Assembly (NCBI GenBank): GCA_965223495.1 | Contig: OZ245001.1 | Coordinates: 3,735,833 to 3,799,832 of the forward strand | Reading direction: 5' to 3' | Source: Nitrospirales bacterium | GTDB taxonomy: Bacteria; Nitrospirota; Nitrospiria; Nitrospirales; UBA8639 | DNA length: 64,000 nt | In this document: piece by piece, positions 20,070 through 30,513 of the stretch | Layout: the number at the start of each line of letters is the position of its first letter | Position numbering within the stretch: position 1 is the stretch's first letter | The notes under the pieces: model-generated | Databases searched by the model: none | What the model was told of the DNA's origin: nothing | The model's input: the letters and a program-made list of their open reading frames with translations, nothing else | Translations under genes and position numbers: made by a program

Positions 20070-20936
20070 ATGAACGTTAGATTCATCTTCTTGGTGCTTT
20101 GTGTCACCTTGGCTTTGGGAGGATGTGCCGGAAAAGAAAAGTCCACCAACACGCTGGACATTTCCGAAGCCCCGCTGAGCCAAGACCTTTCCGAGCCAGA
20201 AGATATCCTGGCTTTGGAGGAAGGGGAAGAAGACGAATTTTTTGACCCTTTTGATGAAGAAGGCACGGAAGACCAACTGGAGGAATATGATCCCCTTGAA
20301 CCGCTAAATTCGGCCATTTTTGAATTCAACTATCACTTTGATAAATATCTCATTAAACCGGTCGCGCAAGTTTACGATTTTTTTATCCCACCCGATGTTC
20401 AACAAAGCATCTCGAACGTCTTTCTCAACGCCCGTTTCTTCCCTCGGATGTTAAACAACCTTTTCCAAGGAAAATTTGAGGGAGCGGGAATTGAAATGAG
20501 TCGTTTTCTCATCAATACGACCCTGGGTGTCGGAGGTCTATTCGATCCGGCCGGCATCATGTTCGATCTCAATACCCCTCCGGAAGATCTTGGGCAAACC
20601 CTAGGCTCGTATGGGGTTCCTCCTGGCCCATACCTGATGGTTCCTTTTTATGGTCCGTATACCTTAAGAGACGGCCTAGGATTTATTGGGGATTTATTCT
20701 TGGATCCCTTTAATTGGTTTGTCCTTCCCCTTATTGAACTCGATGGCGCCCCACTCGTGGTGGAAAAAAATTCCACGATTAACTACGCACGCTTGGGAAT
20801 GTCCACGGGGGAGGCGGTCAATCTCCGCGCCTTAACGTTGGAAAAATTTCAAGGGGCGGAGGAAGGAACGTTGGATTTATACGGGGCTATCCGTAATGGG
20901 TACCTTCAACAACGACGCCTAGCCATTGCTGAATGA
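20070..20936 (+). CDS. mlaA: VacJ/MlaA family lipoprotein
   Basis: Lipobox LGGC; YDPLEPLNSAIFEFN; RFLINTTLGVGGLFD; EDLGQTLG. Confidence 0.93.
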   Translation: MNVRFIFLVLCVTLALGGCAGKEKSTNTLDISEAPLSQDLSEPEDILALEEGEEDEFFDPFDEEGTEDQLEEYDPLEPLNSAIFEFNYHFDKYLIKPVAQVYDFFIPPDVQQSISNVFLNARFFPRMLNNLFQGKFEGAGIEMSRFLINTTLGVGGLFDPAGIMFDLNTPPEDLGQTLGSYGVPPGPYLMVPFYGPYTLRDGLGFIGDLFLDPFNWFVLPLIELDGAPLVVEKNSTINYARLGMSTGEAVNLRALTLEKFQGAEEGTLDLYGAIRNGYLQQRRLAIAE

Positions 20937-21122
20937 TTCCACCCATTTCTGATCCTGTTATGCGTTGATGGGTGAACACAACCCTGTCCGAATAGACTCG
21001 GATAGGGTTGGTTTCATCGACCCCCTGCCATCAGCCGATTCCCCCTCCAAGACAGAAGTCCAAAAAGTGGGTAAGATGAAAGTGGATCTCCAGAGTAACC
21101 ATGGTAGGATTACCCAACATCC

Positions 21123-22253
21123 ATGACCCCAATTTCCAATCCGTCCCAAAGCTCCCATAGTCGATTTCTCATCACCGCCGCCGGGTTTGTCGTGGTGGTC
21201 GCGGGAATGCGAGCGGCGGAGCCGATTCTGGTTCCCATGCTCATCGCAGGGTTTTTGGCCGTGATCAGTACCTCACCCGTGTTTTGGTTGAAGGAAAAAG
21301 GCATTCCCGCGCCATTGGCCGTCTTTTTGGTCATTCTCGGGGTCCTGGGATTGGGATTCGGGTTTATCGTGTTGATCGGAACCTCGTTGGAAGACTTCTC
21401 CGATGCGGTTCCCCGTTACCAAACTCGCCTCACCGAAGAGATGGGCCCATTGCTACAGTGGATTCAAGGGTTCGGGATCCAATTGAATGAAGAACTCTTA
21501 TTGAAATCCATCGATCCCGGGGCGTCGATGCGATTGGTCGGACGGATGCTCTCCGGGTTGGGGGGGATCCTGACGAATTCGTTCCTGATCGTGCTCACGG
21601 TCATCTTTATATTGTTGGAAGCCTCGAGTTTTCAATTGAAGGTGCGGGCGGCATTTGGCGATCCCAAAGGCACCATGTCGCAATTCAGCAAAATCACGGA
21701 GGCCGTGAATAATTATCTGGCCATCAAGACCATCGTTAGCTTAGGAACCGGAATCGTGGTGGCAACTTGGGTGGCGATATTGGGGATCGACTTTCCTGTC
21801 ATTTGGGGACTTCTGGCGTTTCTCCTCAACTTTATTCCCAATCTGGGATCAATCATCGCAGCCGTCCCACCGGTGCTCCTAGGATACATTCAGTTTGGAA
21901 TCGGGCGTGCGTTGCTCGTGGCGGCCGGGTATGGAGCGGTCAATGTCATCTTTGGCAACGTTGTCGAGCCCAAACTCATGGGGCGGAAACTCGGCCTTTC
22001 CACTTTGGTCGTGTTTCTCTCACTCGTGTTCTGGGGATGGATCTGGGGTCCGGTGGGCATGCTCCTATCCGTGCCCATGACCATGATCGTCAAGATTGCC
22101 TTGGAAAGTCATCCCTCCACTCACTGGATCAGCATCATGCTGGATTCTGAAAAATCGGTGACTCATTCTCTCTCCGTCACCCCCGAGGAGCCCTTCTCCG
22201 AGGCGAAGGGAAAGGAATCCCATCCCACGTCTTCCATTCCTCTCCAATCATGA
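21123..22253 (+). CDS. AI-2E family transporter
   Basis: LLNFIPNLGS, GNVVEPKLMG and FWGWIWGPVGMLLSVP motifs. Confidence 0.93.
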   Translation: MTPISNPSQSSHSRFLITAAGFVVVVAGMRAAEPILVPMLIAGFLAVISTSPVFWLKEKGIPAPLAVFLVILGVLGLGFGFIVLIGTSLEDFSDAVPRYQTRLTEEMGPLLQWIQGFGIQLNEELLLKSIDPGASMRLVGRMLSGLGGILTNSFLIVLTVIFILLEASSFQLKVRAAFGDPKGTMSQFSKITEAVNNYLAIKTIVSLGTGIVVATWVAILGIDFPVIWGLLAFLLNFIPNLGSIIAAVPPVLLGYIQFGIGRALLVAAGYGAVNVIFGNVVEPKLMGRKLGLSTLVVFLSLVFWGWIWGPVGMLLSVPMTMIVKIALESHPSTHWISIMLDSEKSVTHSLSVTPEEPFSEAKGKESHPTSSIPLQS

Positions 22254-22285
22254 ACGCGGGAAACCAGGGCCAGAATAGCCCCTTC

Positions 22286-23698
22286 CTAAAACACGCGAGG
22301 TTTTTTGCTTCTTCGTCGGGGATTGCTATTAAAGGCCATCGTGGTGGGTTCGGTCGCATGGACGAACATGGCCATGCGACGAGGACTCAAATAGGCGAGG
22401 ACCTGTTGCGGGACATCTTTCATATGCACGGCCTTCTTGATTTCCAATTCAGGCCGATGCACTAGATTCACCATCATCCCATCATTGCGACAGAGCCAAG
22501 GAGCATACAATAACACCACGGGCCGAGTCGGCTCATGTATATTGACAGACGTCACGATTCCCCAAAACCCATCGGTCAATTCCACGAGGCTCCCGGGGGG
22601 ATACACCCCAATGGCTTGCACTAATGCTTGGACGACATGCGGGCAAAACCGTGCCTCCTCCCCCTTTTCGACGACATGGCGGTACAACCGAGACAGAGCC
22701 GCATGCGGACTGAGACTGGATTGGGGGTCAGGAGCATTGCACAGTTCATCGAAATGATCGGCCACCATCAAAATTTTCGTGAGCGGGGAAAGCGCATCTG
22801 CCTTGACACCCTGGGGATACCCCGAGCCATCCAAGCGCTCATGATGCTGAGTGATCATATTCAGCAATTCGGGCCCAACTTGGAGAAAGGAGGACATCAA
22901 TTGTCCTCCCAATTCCGGGTGCAGGTTTCCCAGTTCCGGATCCGCCTGCACTTTCATCCCCGACGACCCGAATCGAACTTTCATCGGCAAGGCCCGATAC
23001 CCCACATCATGGAAGAGTGCGCCCCGACCCAGTTCGCCCAATACGTCGACGTCCAAGTTCATTTGGCGACCGATTAACACGGACAATGTACAGACGTTGA
23101 GCGCATGTTCCGAGAGACCCCAGGCCAACCCATTACTCCCAACCATATCCAGTAAAGACATGGTGGCCTTGGGATTATTCAGCATCTGGACGATATGGGA
23201 AATCATGTCGTCCGCCGTTTTTAATCCAGCCGGGCGACGTCCACTCACTTGCCGAAAGAGTTCGTTCCCTTGCGCAAGGGTTTTCTGGTAGGCCCCCTCC
23301 ACCTTTCGCAAATGATTCTGAAAATCCTGGTATTCCTGCCGTCGATCGATAATTTCGGAAAGAGACGATTCCGGAATCACCCCGGTGTTTTCATCTGGAT
23401 CAGTGCCAGAGGGGGAGGAATCGTGACTCTCAGCATCAACCTCCCCATCTCCTCCCCCCTGAAGAGGTGAGATTCCTTCATCTGAACCCCCATCGTCTTC
23501 GTGAGTCCCGGAGTCCGGATCATAAAGGATGGTGACGTTGTTCAGGCCTTGAATCGTCGCTAAATCTTCAGACGATTTAATGGCAAAGGTATTGGTGGGA
23601 AACGGATGACTAAACCACGAGCCTTCCAGCTTGACGAAGGATCCGATTCGAAGGTCGTTCCGGTCTTGGACTTCAACAAAGGGCATGGACGACACCAA
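22286..23698 (-). CDS. DUF3391 + HD-GYP domain protein (cyclic di-GMP phosphodiesterase-like)
   Basis: LFHDVG, HHERLDGSGYP and YPPGSLVEL motifs. Confidence 0.9.
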   Translation of the reverse strand: MVSSMPFVEVQDRNDLRIGSFVKLEGSWFSHPFPTNTFAIKSSEDLATIQGLNNVTILYDPDSGTHEDDGGSDEGISPLQGGGDGEVDAESHDSSPSGTDPDENTGVIPESSLSEIIDRRQEYQDFQNHLRKVEGAYQKTLAQGNELFRQVSGRRPAGLKTADDMISHIVQMLNNPKATMSLLDMVGSNGLAWGLSEHALNVCTLSVLIGRQMNLDVDVLGELGRGALFHDVGYRALPMKVRFGSSGMKVQADPELGNLHPELGGQLMSSFLQVGPELLNMITQHHERLDGSGYPQGVKADALSPLTKILMVADHFDELCNAPDPQSSLSPHAALSRLYRHVVEKGEEARFCPHVVQALVQAIGVYPPGSLVELTDGFWGIVTSVNIHEPTRPVVLLYAPWLCRNDGMMVNLVHRPELEIKKAVHMKDVPQQVLAYLSPRRMAMFVHATEPTTMAFNSNPRRRSKKPRVF

Positions 23699-24121
23699 CG
23701 GCGAATAACGATCTCCCCAGGCACACGAGTCGACCCTTCCGGTTCTAACCGGTAAGGAGCAACAAGAAAGGCCTTTCCGTATTTTCGGCGAAATTCCTCA
23801 AAGAATTGACACACATACACCTGCCCACCCAAAAAAATACGTCTTTCTATCTAGAACAAGAACGAAAAAGAACATAAAAGAATATTGGGGTCTGACTATA
23901 TAGGGGTCAGACTCGATTTTTTCCCTAGCCGGTGCTTTCGATTGGGTTTCGACTAGAAAAACATCGGGACGGGGGCTACCTGTAATATTTCCCCTCTCCC
24001 CTGGACTAGGCCATGAACAGAGAACAAGATTTCCCCTGGCAGGGCGAGTCCCCCATCTTTGCCGAGTCTTCCTCGGGAAAATCCTTCACAACTTCATAAC
24101 CATTCAACCACGAGGTACACC

Positions 24122-24862
24122 ATGAAACGAGGTTTCGCGTGCTTGCTGGGGTTTTTCCTCCTTTTGTCCGCACAAACCACACTAGCCAAAAACGATGGCT
24201 TATTTGAGTATGAGTTTACGGTCACCAACCTGACGCAGGGACAATGGATCACACCCATTTTGAGCATTGCCCATGGACCAGACTTCACCTTGTGGGAAGC
24301 AGGTCAAGATGTGGGAGGAACACCAATCGAAACTTTGGCTGAAACGGGAAACCCCGGCCCCCTGAATACCGAAGTAGGAGGAAACGCAGCTGTACATCAA
24401 ACAGTCATCGCCCCAGACCCGAATGGTTTGGCCGGAGTGCTTCTTCCACCGGGCCAGTCAGTCACGTTTAGACTTCCCGCAACTCCAGGGCAACAAGAAC
24501 GGTTATCCCTTATCGCCATGCTGACGCCCACCAATGATGCCTTTTGGGCGCTACAAGGCGTGCGGGCTCCACGCGTTCGTCAATCGGCCACTTATTTTGC
24601 TCGAGCCTATGATGCGGGAACCGAAATCAATTCGGAACAATGTGGAGAGATTCCGGGTCCTCCCTCGTTGGGAGAACTATTAGGGTGTTCGTTAGATCCT
24701 TCCGAAGGGGCGGTTTCCGGTTCTCCGGAAAATGGAGTGATCCATGTACATAATGGCATTCATGGGGAACCGAATGTGTCCGGCTCCGAATTAAACCCCA
24801 TGGACCAAGATTGGCGAAACCCGGTGGCTCAAGTCACGATTCGCCATGACCGCGTGTATTAA
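24122..24862 (+). CDS. Secreted spondin_N domain protein
   Basis: Signal peptide; TNLT..Q..TP; LAETG; MLTPTND.F; AYDAGTE.N. Confidence 0.88.
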   Translation: MKRGFACLLGFFLLLSAQTTLAKNDGLFEYEFTVTNLTQGQWITPILSIAHGPDFTLWEAGQDVGGTPIETLAETGNPGPLNTEVGGNAAVHQTVIAPDPNGLAGVLLPPGQSVTFRLPATPGQQERLSLIAMLTPTNDAFWALQGVRAPRVRQSATYFARAYDAGTEINSEQCGEIPGPPSLGELLGCSLDPSEGAVSGSPENGVIHVHNGIHGEPNVSGSELNPMDQDWRNPVAQVTIRHDRVY

Positions 24863-25010
24863 CGGGGACCAAGACGGGTGGGCCCGCTGGGCTCACCCGT
24901 AGGCTGTACGGGAGACGATATTCGAAAAAATCCGAGAGGACGGAATTGAGGGTAATGATTCAAACTACACAATGAAAAAAGAGATATTCTTTTTTTCGCC
25001 CAAGACCCGC

Positions 25011-26000
25011 TTAAACCGTCACGACGATCTTGCCCTTCTGCCGATTGGAGACCATGTATTGGTGGGCTCCAACGATATCCGACAACTGAAAGGTGCGATC
25101 GATGATCGGTTTCAGCGCTCCAGATTCCAATCCTTTAAAGATGTACGTTTTCCCTTCCTGGAGACTGTCTGGGTTTTTCACGATCTCGAACAGCGTATAC
25201 CCCCGTATCGTTAATCCTTTGGAAAGAGCAGGGAACAACGGATAGGGAGTCGGGTGGGGCGCTAAGGCCCCATACTCAAAAATAATGCCTCCCGGCGCGG
25301 TTGCCCCGGCAAGCTGCTCCAGCATCGGTCCGGCCACAGGATCGAACACGACATCGACACCTTTCCCAGCCGTAAGGGACATCGCGCGTTCCACCAAATC
25401 TTCTTCACCGGTCACGATCACATGATTCGCCCCAGATTCGAGTAGAAAGGCTTTCTTGTCGGCCCCCCGGGTCGTGGCAATCGCGACCCCGCCCACGGCT
25501 TTCACGAGTTGAATGGCGGCTAGCCCCACACTGCAGCTGGCGGCCGTAATCAGCACGTGGTCCCCTTGTTGAATCTTTCCATAATGAATGAGGGCTCCGA
25601 AGGCCGTCATATATTGCATCCAAATGGCGGCTCCTTCTTCCGCCGTGAGCGCGGCAGGATATTTCGCCGCCGCAGAGGCCGGCACGATGGCACTTTCTCC
25701 ATAGACGCCATACTGGCCCATCGGAAAAGACGGAATCGTGCTCACGCGGTCGCCAATCCGAAAACCGGTAACCTCAGGCCCAATCGCATCGATCACCCCG
25801 GCCGCCTCATACCCTATCCGTGAAGGACATTGCGGGGTCTCCAGATATTGCCCCTTGCGAAACATGATTTCGGCACGGTTGAGCCCGAGGGCCTCGACCT
25901 TCAGGCGGACTTCGCCCTTGCCGGGTTCAGCCAACGGAAGCTCTTCGAGTTTGAGAACCTCCGCACCCCCGGTTTCATGGAAACGCACGATTTTCGCCAT
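25011..26000 (-). CDS. MDR family NADPH:quinone oxidoreductase-like protein
   Basis: GLNRAE, GYEAAG, ITAASCSVG and GKIVV motifs. Confidence 0.92.
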   Translation of the reverse strand: MAKIVRFHETGGAEVLKLEELPLAEPGKGEVRLKVEALGLNRAEIMFRKGQYLETPQCPSRIGYEAAGVIDAIGPEVTGFRIGDRVSTIPSFPMGQYGVYGESAIVPASAAAKYPAALTAEEGAAIWMQYMTAFGALIHYGKIQQGDHVLITAASCSVGLAAIQLVKAVGGVAIATTRGADKKAFLLESGANHVIVTGEEDLVERAMSLTAGKGVDVVFDPVAGPMLEQLAGATAPGGIIFEYGALAPHPTPYPLFPALSKGLTIRGYTLFEIVKNPDSLQEGKTYIFKGLESGALKPIIDRTFQLSDIVGAHQYMVSNRQKGKIVVTV

Positions 26001-26027
26001 TCAAAACCTCCAGAAAAGATCAGGACG

Positions 26028-26654
26028 TTACGAGTTGGATCGCTCCGTCACGAATTTCACGATCGCATCAATATCATCTCCCGCTTCCCTCACGGTTTGG
26101 AGAAATTCGACGGGAGTGCGGTGAATCTTATTGAGAAATCGGCGGTCCCCACCGCAGCTATACATCAAGTCGGGTGGCAGTTCCCCGCGAAGTTTAGCTC
26201 GGGCTTTTGCGATGATGCGCGGAAACCACGTTAACCCGGCAAGGGACTCGCTAGGGGAGGGGAACGCATGCAAAGGGGTTGGTGCCGGCGAAACCCGCCC
26301 CTGTTGTTCTCGGAATAAATAATCTCGTCGAATAGCGGTGATGGCCAGGACGGTTTCGGGATCCGGCACCCCATCGTCGCACCAATCTTCCACAAAATCG
26401 AAAATTTCTTGCGGCGTGGCTCCAATCGAACGAAGAAAATCGGTTTCCTCTGCGGAAAACATGCCTGCCACGTTTTGCGCCCCGTTGGTATAGGCCGTGA
26501 CTTTCTCCTGAAAAAGCGTCCGGAAAGGTTCCACCCAGTTTAGAGAATCCTGCTTCATGAGTCGCGTTTCCTGCTCGCGTCCCGCCACCTCTTCATGGGT
26601 GCCGCGGTTTTTCGAATCCGACGAGCTATGGGTTAATTGTACGGTTGTGCTCAT
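26028..26654 (-). CDS. DUF5069-like protein
   Basis: PRIIAKARAKLRGELP...C.GD..FL. Confidence 0.65.
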   Translation of the reverse strand: MSTTVQLTHSSSDSKNRGTHEEVAGREQETRLMKQDSLNWVEPFRTLFQEKVTAYTNGAQNVAGMFSAEETDFLRSIGATPQEIFDFVEDWCDDGVPDPETVLAITAIRRDYLFREQQGRVSPAPTPLHAFPSPSESLAGLTWFPRIIAKARAKLRGELPPDLMYSCGGDRRFLNKIHRTPVEFLQTVREAGDDIDAIVKFVTERSNS

Positions 26655-26706
26655 TTCCTTGTCTCCTTCTTTTCTAAACTTTTATGAATTAAATTGTATC
26701 ATTCCG

Positions 26707-27339
26707 TCAAAGGGCCACGGTGGCCGCGACAGACCCCTGCTGTTTCAACCGGTCATTTTCGGCTTCCAGCTCAGCCACCCGATCGCGGAAGGGTTGCAAG
26801 AGGCCCTCAACATCTTCTTGGGAGTACCGGGGTTGAATATGCTGGCGGCAATTCACATCCCACGCTTCGACCGTGAATCGGATGACTCGTTCGGGTCTGC
26901 CTTTGTACTGAGAATCCGTTAAGCGTGTGAGTAACTCAGGATCATCTTCGATGACCTCCGCCCGCCCCCAAATTTTGATGCGAGTCTGTGATGGATAATC
27001 CATCAGAAAGATAAAGGCCTGATCGTTCTCCGCCAGGTTGCCGAGGGAGATGTATTGTCGGTTCCCGACGAAATCGGCAAAAGCCAGAGTCCGGTCGTCG
27101 AGGGCCTGAAGGAACCCCTTCGGCCCGCCCCGATGTTGAAAGTGCGGTCGCCCATCGGCGCTCGCGGTTCCCAGATAGAAGGAATCTTGTTCGGCAAGAA
27201 ACTGAGTCAGATCCTCAGTCACCGTGTCCTGCCAACCGCCACGTTCGTCCATGCGGGCGTATTGGGCTCGGGAACCTTTTCGTTCTTGAATGGCCTTTAC
27301 GGAAGGCGTAAAGGCGATGTCGCTGATTGGGCGTGTCAT
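26707..27339 (-). CDS. Pyridoxamine 5'-phosphate oxidase family FMN-binding protein
   Basis: QHRGGPKGF, ADFVGNRQYIS.GNL and WDVNCRQHI motifs. Confidence 0.9.
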   Translation of the reverse strand: MTRPISDIAFTPSVKAIQERKGSRAQYARMDERGGWQDTVTEDLTQFLAEQDSFYLGTASADGRPHFQHRGGPKGFLQALDDRTLAFADFVGNRQYISLGNLAENDQAFIFLMDYPSQTRIKIWGRAEVIEDDPELLTRLTDSQYKGRPERVIRFTVEAWDVNCRQHIQPRYSQEDVEGLLQPFRDRVAELEAENDRLKQQGSVAATVAL

Positions 27340-27360
27340 TGTTTTGGTCTCCTTTTTGTC

Positions 27361-27823
27361 GTCATCCCTGCGGTCTTTAGCTTGCCCCTGCGGTATATGG
27401 CAGGGGGCAGGGGTCTCCTCCCTTTTCCTCCGTCACCCCTGCGTAGGCCGGTGTCCAGTTCCTTGTTGTCATCCCTGCTTGTCTCTGGCAGGGATCTCTC
27501 TTAGATTCCCGATAGCAAACGTCGGGAATGACGGAGATGATGAATCCCCGACTAAAAATTTCAGGAATGCCAGAGAAGGGAGATTCCCGATTAACAATGC
27601 CGGGAATGACGGGGATGCAAGATTTCTGACAAAAAATTTCGGGAATGACAAAATGACTAAACTCTCTATTTCTCTCCTTGCCGTCACCCCTGCAATTTGT
27701 TGGCAGGGGTCTTTTCCGTTTTCCTCCGCCATCCCTGCTAGTGAAGCCTGCCCCTGCGGTATGTGGCAGGGGACAGGTATCCATCTTCTTATTTGTCATC
27801 CCTGCAAGTCGTAGGCAGGGATC
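27361..27823. repeat. Cluster of CGTC-tagged REP-like palindromes (BIME-like mosaic)
   Basis: Multiple (C)GTCATCCCTGC-N-GGCAGGGATC and GATTCCCGA-N-TCGGGAATGAC units. Confidence 0.88.
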
Positions 27824-27835
27824 TTCTTATTGAAT

Positions 27836-28936
27836 TCATTCCTCCCACGGCAGCAACACGTAATTGCCTTTCACCTGATTGTTTGCCAAGAGCCGATGAG
27901 CTTCGGACGCTTGGCTGAGGGGAAACGTGCGATCCAGCGCCGCGGTAATCTTGCCGGTCCGAACCTGGTCTAACCCCCATTGCAAATCTTCCGGGTCGGC
28001 GAAGATCGTGCCGCGCAGTTGTTTTTGCGTGAAGAAAAAGTCCCGCACGTTGAGCGTGACGTCCGCTCCCGCGGTAAAGCCGTACGCCACGATAATGCCG
28101 AAAGGACGGACTGCCTCGACGATCTTGGCGAATTCATTCCCGCCCACATTATCGATCGCCACATCCACCCCATTCCCGTTGGTCCAGGCTTTCACGCGTT
28201 TCGTTACATCTTCCTGACGGATGTTGATCACAAGATCGGCACCCAAGGACCGCACGTATTCGCCTTTCACGTCATCCCGCACTGTCGCGGCGACCGTGGC
28301 ACCCAACGCCTTGGCCACCTGAATGTGCATACTGCCGGACCCTGAGGCTCCGGCCGTGACCAACACCGTATCCCCGGCTTTGACTTCTCCGACTTGCTTG
28401 AGGGCTCGAACCGAGGTACCAAGGATAACCGGAAGTGTGGCGGCCTCGGCGGCCGAAATCCCCGTCGTGTCCTTCAGCGCCCAGCGGGCAGGGACTTCCA
28501 TGTATTGCGCATAGGCTCCCGGGAGATGAACCCCCGGCACCACGAAGCTAGGCGAGTTGGCCAGAGGCCGATTCGCATCGTCTTCTTCATTGAGGGTAAA
28601 CCCGGCAGCGGGAATGACCCGGTCCCCGATGTTCAAAGAAGTCACCCCTTCGCCGAGGTCCACGACTTCCCCCACCGCATCCACACCCAGAATGTGGGGA
28701 AACGGAAGATCCGGCACGATGGCCCCTTCACGAAGGTAGTGATCCAAACGATTCAATCCGGCGGCCAACACTTTAATCAGGACGTTCCCTGGCTTGGGAG
28801 TAGGAGTGTCGATGGCTTCGTAGGCCAACACCTCAGGGCCCCCGAACTGCCGCAACACGGCTGCCTTCATGGTTGTGGCCGGTTGGGTGTGTGCAAAATC
28901 TGCTTGAAATGACTCTTGTAAGGTTGCGGTGCTCAT
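27836..28936 (-). CDS. Zinc-binding dehydrogenase/MDR oxidoreductase
   Basis: GLNRLD, PHILGVDAVGEV and TAGASGSG motifs. Confidence 0.92.
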   Translation of the reverse strand: MSTATLQESFQADFAHTQPATTMKAAVLRQFGGPEVLAYEAIDTPTPKPGNVLIKVLAAGLNRLDHYLREGAIVPDLPFPHILGVDAVGEVVDLGEGVTSLNIGDRVIPAAGFTLNEEDDANRPLANSPSFVVPGVHLPGAYAQYMEVPARWALKDTTGISAAEAATLPVILGTSVRALKQVGEVKAGDTVLVTAGASGSGSMHIQVAKALGATVAATVRDDVKGEYVRSLGADLVINIRQEDVTKRVKAWTNGNGVDVAIDNVGGNEFAKIVEAVRPFGIIVAYGFTAGADVTLNVRDFFFTQKQLRGTIFADPEDLQWGLDQVRTGKITAALDRTFPLSQASEAHRLLANNQVKGNYVLLPWEE

Positions 28937-29037
28937 GAGGTTGTTCCCTTCAAAAATTTAAAAAGTGAAATTGGTAAAAAAATGTATTTCCTCCCGAGGG
29001 TTTCCCTTTTCTAAAAATGGGAACCCAGGGGGACTGC

Positions 29038-29400
29038 TTACCTATGGTAATACCGTTCGTGAATAATCCGGCCGTCTCGCCATTTGGCTACGACGACCTG
29101 TTCGACATGCACCGGAGTTCCGTCCGTGGCGATCCAATCCATCACGGTTTCATAAAACGTCACGTCCTCCCCGACCCCTTTGGCGGTGACGTCGAAGCGT
29201 TTCCACTCTTTCACGGAATTGATGAATGCCTGTTCCCGTTTCAGGTTGGCCGCGCGGCCGACGGTCGGGGGCTGGTCGTTTTCCTGCATGACGGTATCTT
29301 CCGCATAAAACTCCTTGATGGCATCCAAAATCCGGCCTTCCCGAATGTAGGAAAACAGATCTTCAAGTCGGTCCTGTAATGTAGTCGTTGCTGTGCTCAT
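29038..29400 (-). CDS. SnoaL-like/NTF2 family protein
   Basis: AIKEFYAEDTVMQEN...VVAKWRDGRIIHERYY. Confidence 0.88.
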   Translation of the reverse strand: MSTATTTLQDRLEDLFSYIREGRILDAIKEFYAEDTVMQENDQPPTVGRAANLKREQAFINSVKEWKRFDVTAKGVGEDVTFYETVMDWIATDGTPVHVEQVVVAKWRDGRIIHERYYHR

Positions 29401-29426
29401 GGTGTTCTTCCTTTCTATTTCTTTCC

Positions 29427-29748
29427 GTCATCCCTGCTAGTGGAGCCTGCCCTTGCGGGTAGTAGGCAGGGGGCAGGGATCCATCTTCTTGTTTGTCATC
29501 CCTGCAAGTCGTAGGCAGGGATCTCTTTTAGATTCCTGACAAAAAATTTCAGGAATGACCGAAGCCCTGGATTCCCGATTAACAATGTCGGGAATGACGG
29601 AGATGATGAATTCCCGACAAAAATTTTCGGAATGACAAAGTTGATAAATTCTCCATTTCTGTCTTTCCGTCATCCCTGCTAGTGAAGCCTGCCCCTGAGG
29701 GTAGTAGGCAGGGGGCAGGGATCCATCTTTCTTTAGTCATGCCCTGCT
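29427..29748. repeat. Second cluster of CGTC-tagged REP-like palindromes
   Basis: Same units as 27361-27823 in a rearranged order. Confidence 0.88.
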
Positions 29749-29755
29749 ATATCCG

Positions 29756-30304
29756 TCACACCCGGGCCTCCAGTTCCCCGACGGCCGGAAAATCCACGGC
29801 GGTGTCTGCCACGTGATTGAAATAATTCGTGAACAACATGAGCCCGATGTTGGCCATGAGTTCCGCAAGGTCTCTGTCGGTGAAGCCCACGCGGCGAAGT
29901 TTGGCCACGTCCCCGTCCGTGACCAATCCGCGGTTGGCCACCACCTGACGGGTAAAGGCCAAGGCCGCCTCTTCTTTGGGGTCGGGGGACTCCCCGCGCC
30001 GACTATCGGCGATGGCTTCCTCACTCAAGCCAGCCATCCGGCCGAGCGCCGCATGAGCCGAGAGGCAATATTGGCAGTCATTCAACTCCGATACGGCCAA
30101 GGCGATTTGCTCGCGCAGCTTGGGAGAAAACGCGCCTTGGGAGAGTGCCCCGGAGAAATTCAAATAGCCTTTTAAAACGGCCGGGGAGTTGGCCATCGTC
30201 CGCAGGATGTTGGGCGCGAACCCCAATGTGTGTTCGACGCCCTGAAGTAACCGTTTGGCGGAACCGGTAACGGTGTCAGAGTCGAGAGCGGGTAAGCGTG
30301 ACAT
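29756..30304 (-). CDS. Carboxymuconolactone decarboxylase/AhpD-like peroxidase
   Basis: REQIALAVSELNDCQYCLSAH (CxxC...H). Confidence 0.92.
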   Translation of the reverse strand: MSRLPALDSDTVTGSAKRLLQGVEHTLGFAPNILRTMANSPAVLKGYLNFSGALSQGAFSPKLREQIALAVSELNDCQYCLSAHAALGRMAGLSEEAIADSRRGESPDPKEEAALAFTRQVVANRGLVTDGDVAKLRRVGFTDRDLAELMANIGLMLFTNYFNHVADTAVDFPAVGELEARV

Positions 30305-30367
30305 GATGAATTCCTTTCTTGCTGGCTGGCGTCATATTCAAACAATCAATTCATGAAATCGTGACAT

Positions 30368-30384
30368 TACAAGGCGTGTGCCAA
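30368..30384 (-). promoter_or_regulatory. sigma54 promoter of the AhpD-like operon
   Basis: TTGGCACACGCCTTGTA: consensus -24 element, -12 element is a GT variant. Confidence 0.65.
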
Positions 30385-30449
30385 AGGTAGAGAAATCACA
30401 AAGCATTGAAATATTTATACTTTAATTTTTAAAACGAAAAATAATAACT

Positions 30450-30499
30450 ACGAAAATTCGTGATACACGAAATTAATTTGCACAACAACGAAATATCGT
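30450..30499. promoter_or_regulatory. Palindromic enhancer boxes ACGAAAATTCGT (30450-30461) and ACGAAATATCGT (30488-30499)
   Basis: Located between divergent genes; the same motif recurs at 48587-48647. Confidence 0.7.
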
Positions 30500-30513
30500 T
30501 TATCTTGTGAACT

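Noticed and set aside
27290-27814. ORFs over the REP clusters (e.g. 27377-27799, 29437-29673)
   Set aside because: They are translations of palindromic repeats with no coding signature.
27361-29748. CRISPR array interpretation of the intergenic repeats
   Set aside because: Units are variable palindromes in both orientations with no regular identical-repeat/unique-spacer period, and no cas genes are present.
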